IMG/VR virus record: IMGVR_UViG_2700989508_000017
Reading direction: 5' to 3' (one strand)
From: a virus
Taxonomy: Duplodnaviria; Heunggongvirae; Uroviricota; Caudoviricetes
DNA: 4,943 bases
The position numbers and the translations under genes are program-made. Below are positions 1 through 4,943 of the stretch, in pieces; the stretch's first letter is position 1; every line of letters starts with the position of its first letter. The notes under the pieces are model-generated. The model did not search any database, was not told the origin of the DNA, and was given only the letters and a program-made list of their open reading frames with translations.

Positions 1-100
1 GGTTAAGGCTGGAAAAGTGAGTATCCCCGTGATTTCCGGTAATGGTCAGTTTGCCACGGTAGCTGAAGTCACCGTTACTGAAGCGGGCGCTGCAGGGTAA
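1..100 (+). CDS. V: Major tail protein V, C-terminal end (5'-truncated by window edge)
   Basis: Frame starting at nt 2 is open from the window edge to TAA at 98-100 and reads VKAGKVSIPVISGNGQFATVAEVTVTEAGAAG*. It lies immediately upstream of G, matching the lambda order V-G-T-H. The beta-rich Ser/Thr/Val/Gly composition fits the Ig-like C-terminal domain of lambda gpV. Only 33 codons are visible, so the call relies mainly on synteny. Confidence 0.55.
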   Translation, partial: VKAGKVSIPVISGNGQFATVAEVTVTEAGAAG

Positions 101-103
101 ACG

Positions 104-108
104 GAGGT
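104..108 (+). promoter_or_regulatory. Shine-Dalgarno (GGAGG) for G
   Basis: GGAGG at 104-108, 5 nt upstream of the ATG at 114. Confidence 0.6.
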
Positions 109-113
109 AATAC

Positions 114-536
114 ATGTTTCTGAAAACAGAACAATTTGAATATAACGGTGTGTCCGTCACGCTTTCCGAATTGTCTGCGCTGCAGCGGTTTGATTATATA
201 AAGTTTGTTTCAGACGCAGAACAACAGGAGACAACGAAGCATGATGTCGTGCACATTAACCAGCGATATCTGGAAACGGCATCCCTGCTTGTGGCGATGT
301 CGCTATGGCATTCCCATTCCCTCAAAGGCACTCTGGCCTCTCCGGAGACAGAGATGCAGCAGATCCGCCGTGAAGTGATGCTGGGATGGCCTGCTGATGC
401 ACTGAATCAGGCAACGAACCGGGTGCTTTATCTTTCAGGTATGCTGGATAACCGGCACGATGCCGATCCTGAACAAACCGGGAAAGCAGAAGCGACTGAG
501 CCGGTAACATCAAAAAAGCATTCGAAGGCGAGCTGA
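114..536 (+). CDS. G: Tail assembly chaperone G (zero-frame product)
   Basis: 140-aa ORF with a strong SD. N-terminus MFLKTEQFEYNGVSVTLSELSALQR and internal LVAMSLWH closely resemble lambda gpG as I recall it. Position between V and the tape-measure gene is as in lambda. Stop TGA at 534-536. Confidence 0.93.
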   Translation: MFLKTEQFEYNGVSVTLSELSALQRFDYIKFVSDAEQQETTKHDVVHINQRYLETASLLVAMSLWHSHSLKGTLASPETEMQQIRREVMLGWPADALNQATNRVLYLSGMLDNRHDADPEQTGKAEATEPVTSKKHSKAS

Positions 537-976
537 ACTTTGTCCTGAAACTGGCGCGAGAGATGGGGAGACCCGACTGGCGCGCCATGCTTGCCGGGAT
601 GACATCCACCGAATATGCCGACTGGCGACGTTTTTACTGCACGCATTATTTTCAGGATACCCAACTGGACGCTCATTTTTCCGGGCTGATGTACGCCGTA
701 CTCAGCCTGTTTTTTGGCGATCCGGATATGCATCCGGCGGATTTCAGTCTGCTTGCTCCAGCGTGTGAGGAAGAGCAGACGGAGATGCCGGACGAGGAAG
801 AAATGCTGATGCAGAAAGCGACAGGAGTTGCCGGAGGCGTCCGGTTCGGAGGGGACGGAGGGCGCGATATTTCACCTTCTGCGGATGTGGTGGATGTCAG
901 CGAGGATGATGTTGCATTAATGATGGCTTCAGCGGGGATTTCCGGAGGTGTGAGATATGTCCCAGCCAGCGGGTGA
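114..976 (+). CDS. GT: Tail assembly chaperone G-T fusion, made by -1 frameshift at 512-518 (approx. join 114..518,518..976; about 287 aa)
   Basis: The -1 frame relative to G is open from 500 (after TGA at 497-499) to the stop at 974-976. The T-frame translation MGRPDWRAMLAGMTSTEYADWRRFYCTHYF...DPDMHPADFSLL...GGVRFG...GGVRY resembles lambda gpT. The frameshifted G-T arrangement is the conserved feature of tail chaperone genes upstream of tape-measure genes (Levin, Hendrix and Casjens 1993; Xu, Hendrix and Duda 2004). Confidence 0.88.
512..518 (+). promoter_or_regulatory. Programmed -1 ribosomal frameshift slippery heptamer A AAA AAG (G to G-T)
   Basis: In the G reading frame the codons are TCA AAA AAG (510-518), giving the canonical X XXY YYZ heptamer A AAA AAG at 512-518. 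The heptamer ends 15 nt (5 codons) before the G stop, the same position as lambda's G GGA AAG. After a -1 slip the frame reads KKAFEGELNFVLKLAREMGRPDW..., running into the T ORF and matching lambda gpT. Confidence 0.85.
944..948 (+). promoter_or_regulatory. Shine-Dalgarno (GGAGG) for H
   Basis: GGAGG at 944-948, 8 nt upstream of the ATG at 957. It sits inside the 3' end of the T reading frame. Confidence 0.6.
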
Positions 977-3569
977 TCTGGTTATTGATTTGAGTCTGGA
1001 TGCGGCCCGGTTTGATGAACAGATGGCCCGGGTACACCGTCATTTTTCCAGTCTGGAGGCGGATGCCAGAAAAACCGCCAGTACTGTTGAACAGGGGCTG
1101 AGCCGACAGGCGCTGGCTGCACAAAAAGCCGGGATATCAGTCGGACAGTATAAGGCTGCCATGCGCACACTGCCCGCACAGTTCACGGATATTGTCACTC
1201 AGCTTGCCGGTGGTCAGAATCCCTTCCTTATCATGCTGCAGCAGGGGGGGCAGATCAGCGATTCATTCGGTGGACCGCTCAGCCTGCTTACCCTGCTGAA
1301 GGAGGAACTTCTCGGGATCAGGGATGCCTCTGAATCATCAGAGGAGTCGCTGTCAGATACGGCAAATGCACTGGCTGAAAATGCCCGGAATGCCGGTGAG
1401 CTGGGACGATTTATGTCGGTGGCCCGTGTGGCGGCAGGTGGCGGGGTTGCCGTACTGGCCGCGCTTGCTGCCGCCGCCTGGCAGGCAGAGCAGGCTGACC
1501 GGGCCTTATTGCGTTCACTGATCCTGACCGGAGGGGCGGCTGCCACCACAACGGCAGAATTGTGGAAAATGGCCGGGGTGATCAGCGATGAAGCCGGTGG
1601 TGGTATCAGACAGGCGGCAGAAAATCTGGCCCGTCTGGCAGAAAGCGGGAAATATACCGCCGGGCAGCTACGGATCATGGGGGAAACCTCTCAGAGATGG
1701 CTGCAGACGGTGGGGGACGATGCCGGGAAGGTGGAAAAAGCCTTTGAAGGGATTGCAGCAGATCCGGTGAAGGCGCTGGCCTCCCTGAATCAGCAGTATA
1801 ACTTCCTGAGCGTTTCCCAGTTACGCCATATTGATGAGCTTGAGCGCACGAAAGGTAAACAGGCTGCGGTGACGGAGGCGATGTCCCTGTTTGCGGATGT
1901 CATGAATGCACGTCTGGAGCAACTTGATAAAGCGGCCACGCCGGTGGAAAAAATCTGGGACGATGTTAAAACCTGGACTTCTGACGCATGGGCATGGATA
2001 GGTGATCATACACTGGGGGCACTCAGTCTGATCACTGACGTGGTGGCCGGAACCGTTGAACAAGTGAAGCTGCTGCTTGTGCAGGGGGATCTGGCGCTGG
2101 CTGAATTTATTCAGTCAGCCTGGGAAACGACAAAGAATGTGCCCGGCGTTGGTGCGTTGTTTGGTGAACTGGCAGAAGAGAACCGCGTATTTATTGAGAA
2201 AACAAAACGCGATGAACTGGCGCTGAGAAAATCCATTGCGGAACGGGATGCGCGTATACGCCAGGGGGAAATGGGGTACATCAACCGCTCGCGTGCAACA
2301 GGCGTCAGCAAAGGTCCTGGGCAGCAGGAAGCCGTCAGCCGTCTGGCTGAAGAGCTGACAGGTAAAAAGCATACATCACCGAAAACGCGCTCTGCCGGGG
2401 AGAGGGAAGAGGAGCAGGCAAGAGAGGCTCTGCTTGCCCTTGAAGCTGAGCTCAGGACGCTGGAAAAACACAGCGGTGCGAATGAGAAAATCAGTCGGCA
2501 GCGCCGTGATTTATGGAAGGCGGAAAGTCAGTATGCGGTCCTGAAAGAGGCTGCCACGAAACGGCAGTTATCCTGGCAGGAAAAATCCCTGCTGGCCCAT
2601 GAGAAAGAGACGCTGGAGTACAAACGCCAGCTGGCTGACCTGGGCGACAAGGTTGAACACCAGAAACGCCTGAATGAGCTGGCACAGCAGGCGGTGCGGT
2701 TTGAAGAGCAGCAGAGCGCGAAGCAGGCCGCCATCAGCGCAAAAGCCCGCGGTCTCACTGACCGTCAGGCGCAGCGGGAGTCTGAAGCGCAGCGTCTTCG
2801 GGACGTGTACGGTGATAATCCGCAGGCGCTGGCCCGGGTCACTGGGGCACTGAAACAGACATGGGCGGATGAAGACATGCTGCGCGGTGACTGGCTGGCC
2901 GGGCTGAAGTCCGGCTGGGGGGAGTGGGCGGAAAGTGCGACGGACAGTTTTTCGCAGGTTAAAAGTGCTGCCACGCAGACCTTTGACGGTATTGCACAGA
3001 ATATGGCGGCGATGCTGACCGGTGCAGAGGCAGACTGGCGGGGATTCACCCGTTCGGTGCTGTCCATGATGACAGAAATCCTGCTTAAACAGGCCATGGT
3101 GGGCATTGTCGGGCGTATCGGCAGCGCCATTGGCGGTGCTTTCGGTGGTGGTGCATCTGCTTCCTCGGGGACGGCCATTGAGGCTGCGGCGGCGAACTTC
3201 CATTTCGCGACCGGAGGATTTACGGGGACGGGCGGCAAATATGAGCCTGCGGGGATAGTTCACCGCGGGGAGTTTGTTTTCACGAAAGAGGCAACCAGCC
3301 GGATAGGTGTGGGGAATCTTTACCGTCTGATGCGCGGCTATGCGGAAGGTGGTTATGTGGGTGGTGCCGGAAGTCCGGCGCAGATGCGGCGGGCGGAAGG
3401 TATTAATTTTAATCAGAACAATCACGTGGTGATTCAGAACGACGGTATCAACGGACAGGCGGGGCCGCAGCTGATGAAGGCGGTGTATGACATGGCCCGC
3501 AAGGGGGCGCAGGATGAGCTCCGGCTGCAGTTGCGTGATGGCGGTATGTTATCAGGGAGCGGGCGATGA
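957..3569 (+). CDS. H: Tail tape measure protein H
   Basis: 870-aa ORF (lambda gpH is 853 aa). N-terminus MSQPAGDLVIDLSLDAARFDEQMARVHRHF...ALAAQKAGISVGQYKAAMRTLPAQFTDIVTQLAGGQ and the C-terminal half (ALLALEAELRTLEKHSGANEKISRQRRDLWKAESQ ... NNHVVIQNDG ... AVYDMARKGAQDE) match lambda gpH as I recall it. Coiled-coil-like Ala/Glu/Gln/Arg/Lys-rich middle and Gly-rich hydrophobic C-terminal segment are typical of tape-measure proteins. Confidence 0.95.
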   Translation: MSQPAGDLVIDLSLDAARFDEQMARVHRHFSSLEADARKTASTVEQGLSRQALAAQKAGISVGQYKAAMRTLPAQFTDIVTQLAGGQNPFLIMLQQGGQISDSFGGPLSLLTLLKEELLGIRDASESSEESLSDTANALAENARNAGELGRFMSVARVAAGGGVAVLAALAAAAWQAEQADRALLRSLILTGGAAATTTAELWKMAGVISDEAGGGIRQAAENLARLAESGKYTAGQLRIMGETSQRWLQTVGDDAGKVEKAFEGIAADPVKALASLNQQYNFLSVSQLRHIDELERTKGKQAAVTEAMSLFADVMNARLEQLDKAATPVEKIWDDVKTWTSDAWAWIGDHTLGALSLITDVVAGTVEQVKLLLVQGDLALAEFIQSAWETTKNVPGVGALFGELAEENRVFIEKTKRDELALRKSIAERDARIRQGEMGYINRSRATGVSKGPGQQEAVSRLAEELTGKKHTSPKTRSAGEREEEQAREALLALEAELRTLEKHSGANEKISRQRRDLWKAESQYAVLKEAATKRQLSWQEKSLLAHEKETLEYKRQLADLGDKVEHQKRLNELAQQAVRFEEQQSAKQAAISAKARGLTDRQAQRESEAQRLRDVYGDNPQALARVTGALKQTWADEDMLRGDWLAGLKSGWGEWAESATDSFSQVKSAATQTFDGIAQNMAAMLTGAEADWRGFTRSVLSMMTEILLKQAMVGIVGRIGSAIGGAFGGGASASSGTAIEAAAANFHFATGGFTGTGGKYEPAGIVHRGEFVFTKEATSRIGVGNLYRLMRGYAEGGYVGGAGSPAQMRRAEGINFNQNNHVVIQNDGINGQAGPQLMKAVYDMARKGAQDELRLQLRDGGMLSGSGR

Positions 3570-3895
3570 AAACATTTCGCTGGAAAGTGAAGCCGGATAT
3601 GGAGGTGAACTCGCAGCCATCGGTGCGTGAAGTGCGTTTTGGTGACGGGTACTCACAGCGTATGGCGGCAGGGCTGAATGCTGACCTGAAAACATACCGT
3701 GTGACGCTTTCCGTGACCCGGGAGGAGGCCCGGCATCTGGAAGCGTTCCTGGCAGAGCACGGAGGCTGGAAGGCATTTTTGTGGAAGCCACCCTATGCAT
3801 ACCGGCAGATAAAGGTGACCTGTGCCGGGTGGTCTGCGCGGGTCGGGATGTTGCGCGTTGAGTTCAGCGCGGAGTTTAAGCAGGTGGTGAACTGA
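3566..3895 (+). CDS. M: Minor tail protein M
   Basis: 109-aa ORF, the same length as lambda gpM. MKTFRWKVKP...VRFGDGYSQR...LKTYRVTLSV...HGGWKAFLWKPPY...RQIKVTCAGWS...MLRVEFSAEFKQVVN is near-collinear with lambda M. Its ATG overlaps the H stop (ATGA, 3566-3569). Confidence 0.95.
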   Translation: MKTFRWKVKPDMEVNSQPSVREVRFGDGYSQRMAAGLNADLKTYRVTLSVTREEARHLEAFLAEHGGWKAFLWKPPYAYRQIKVTCAGWSARVGMLRVEFSAEFKQVVN

Positions 3896-4593
3896 TGCAG
3901 GATATTCACGAAGAAAGTCTGAACGAGTCGGTTAAATCAGAGCAGTCACCGCGGGTGGTACTCTGGGAAATCGACCTGACGGTACAGGGTGGTGAGCGGT
4001 ATTTTTTCTGCAATGAGCTGAATGAAAAAGGGGAGGCGGTTACCTGGCAGGGGCGGCAATATCAGGCATACCCGATTGACGGCAGTGGCTTTGAGATGAA
4101 CGGGAAGGGCAGCAGTGCCAGACCGTCGCTGACGGTGTCGAATCTGTTCGGTCTGGTCACCGGAATGGCGGAGGACCTGCAGAGCCTGGTGGGGGCCACG
4201 GTGGTCCGCCGCCGGGTGTATGCCCGTTTTCTGGATGCGGTGAATTTTGTGGCGGGCAATCCGGAAGCGGACCCGGAGCAGGAGCTGAGCGACCGCTGGG
4301 TGGTGGAGCAGATGTCAGAGCTGACGGCCATGACAGCCTCGTTTGTGCTGGCAACACCGACGGAGACGGACGGGGCGCTGTTTCCTGGTCGCATCATGCT
4401 GGCGAACACCTGTATGTGGGATTACCGGGGAGATGAATGCGGGTATAACGGTCCTGCGGTGGCGGATGAGTTCGACAACCCCACCACGGATATCCGTAAG
4501 GACAGATGCAGCAAGTGCATGCGCGGGTGTGAGATGCGCGGCATGGTGGCTAATTTTGGCGGTTTCCTTTCCATTAATAAACTTTCGCAGTAA
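3895..4593 (+). CDS. L: Minor tail protein L (tail tip assembly; Fe-S cluster-binding family)
   Basis: 232-aa ORF, the same length as lambda gpL. Conserved C-terminal cysteines at residues 173, 182, 205, 208 and 212. Start ATG overlaps the M stop by 1 nt (TGATG at 3893-3897). Stop TAA at 4591-4593. Confidence 0.95.
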   Translation: MQDIHEESLNESVKSEQSPRVVLWEIDLTVQGGERYFFCNELNEKGEAVTWQGRQYQAYPIDGSGFEMNGKGSSARPSLTVSNLFGLVTGMAEDLQSLVGATVVRRRVYARFLDAVNFVAGNPEADPEQELSDRWVVEQMSELTAMTASFVLATPTETDGALFPGRIMLANTCMWDYRGDECGYNGPAVADEFDNPTTDIRKDRCSKCMRGCEMRGMVANFGGFLSINKLSQ

Positions 4594-4597
4594 ATCC

Positions 4598-4943
4598 ATG
4601 ACAGAGACAGAATCAGCGATTCTGGCGCATGCCCGGCGGTGTGCGCCTGCGGAGTCTTGCGGCTTCGTGATAAGCACGCCGGAGGGTGACCGGTACCAGC
4701 CGTGCGTGAATATCTCTGCAGAGCCTGAGGCATATTTTCGTATTGCCCCGGAAGACTGGCTGCGGGCAGAGATGCAGGGGGAGATTGTGGCACTGGTCCA
4801 CAGCCATCCCGGTGGCCTGCCCTGGCTGAGCGAGGCTGACCGGCGGCTGCAGATAAAAAGCGCACTGCCCTGGTGGCTGGTCTGCCGGGGTGACATTCAC
4901 AAATTCCGCTGTGTGCCACATCTGACAGGACGGCGCTTTGAAC
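4598..4943 (+). CDS. K: Tail assembly protein K, N-terminal part (3'-truncated by window edge); MPN/JAB domain
   Basis: Not in the ORF track because no stop falls within the window. The frame from ATG 4598 is open to the window end and reads MTETESAILAHARRCAPAESCGFVISTPEGDRYQPCVNISAEPEAYFRIAPEDWLRAEMQGEIVALVHSHPGGLPWLSEADRRLQIKSALPWWLVCRGDIHKFRCVPHLTGRRFE, which closely resembles the lambda gpK N-terminus. It contains the JAMM motif HSHPGG...S..D. It follows L as in lambda. Confidence 0.92.
   Translation, partial: MTETESAILAHARRCAPAESCGFVISTPEGDRYQPCVNISAEPEAYFRIAPEDWLRAEMQGEIVALVHSHPGGLPWLSEADRRLQIKSALPWWLVCRGDIHKFRCVPHLTGRRFE

Noticed and set aside
480-486. GGGAAAG, identical in letters to lambda's G-T slippery heptamer
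   Set aside because: In the G reading frame it is GGG AAA G, not the X XXY YYZ register, and a -1 shift here would hit TGA at 497-499 after 4 codons. The productive site is A AAA AAG at 512-518.
563-976. Stand-alone T ORF starting at ATG 563 (137 aa)
   Set aside because: No convincing SD upstream of 563, and the frame is open upstream to 500 with lambda-T-like sequence (KAFEGELNFVLKLARE) preceding the Met. In lambda, T is made only as the G-T frameshift fusion. I annotate it as part of GT.
322-1179. Reverse-strand ORFs 322-609, 428-733, 897-1124 and 982-1179 across G, T and the start of H
   Set aside because: Overlap conserved +-strand genes, are short, and show no start signals or recognisable motifs.
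1214-1678. 154-aa reverse-strand ORF in the 5' third of H
   Set aside because: Antisense to H, Ala/Ser/Pro-rich low-complexity translation, no ribosome-binding site; judged a compositional artefact.
1324-1770. + strand alternate-frame ORFs (1324-1521, 1588-1770) nested in H
   Set aside because: Out of frame with H, short (60-65 aa), Arg/Trp/Pro-rich and without an SD; no support for overlapping genes.
1821-2372. Reverse-strand ORFs 1821-2063, 2111-2311 and 2115-2372 in mid-H
   Set aside because: Same reasoning: antisense to H, no signals, no resemblance to known proteins.
2568-3425. 285-aa reverse-strand ORF, with overlapping 157-aa (2765-3238) and 76-aa (2528-2758) reverse ORFs, inside H
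   Set aside because: They lie entirely antisense to the well-supported H gene. Translations are low-complexity, Arg/Pro/Ser/Ala/Cys-rich and typical of the stop-poor antisense frame of a GC-rich gene. No SD and no recognisable protein family.
4315-4921. Reverse-strand ORFs of 193, 165 and 102 aa overlapping L and K, plus 4062-4409 and 4157-4357
   Set aside because: Antisense to strongly supported L and K genes; Pro/Arg/Ser-rich translations with no family resemblance. Compositional artefacts.
1-4943. Looked for CRISPR repeats, tRNA/rRNA, IS elements or inverted repeats, attachment-site repeats, toxin-antitoxin or defence-system inserts, and intrinsic terminators
   Set aside because: No direct-repeat arrays, no tRNA-like cloverleaf candidates, no terminal inverted repeats and no GC-hairpin plus T-tract terminators were evident by eye. 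Essentially the whole window is coding for a single collinear tail operon, with the largest noncoding gap being 13 nt.

Overview
This window is a contiguous stretch of the late tail-morphogenesis operon of a lambda-like (lambdoid, siphovirus) phage or prophage, all on the + strand and in the lambda gene order V(3' end)-G-GT-H-M-L-K(5' part). Calls rest on reading the supplied translations against my memory of the phage lambda proteins; no database search was run. Genes are tightly packed with overlapping or near-abutting start/stop codons, leaving no intergenic room for cargo genes, promoters, terminators, RNA genes, CRISPR arrays or insertion sequences. I do not see evidence for a previously undescribed system; this looks like a conventional tail module. 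The points most worth a second look are: (1) the G-T programmed -1 frameshift uses an A AAA AAG heptamer at the position where lambda has G GGA AAG, with an out-of-frame GGGAAAG nearby that could mislead; (2) the tape-measure protein appears mosaic, with lambda-like ends and a divergent central third; (3) a C-terminal cysteine cluster in L; (4) a JAMM/MPN metalloprotease motif in K; (5) a K gene, missing from the ORF track because it runs off the window, that must be called by hand. Reverse-strand ORFs inside H and L/K are judged to be artefacts.
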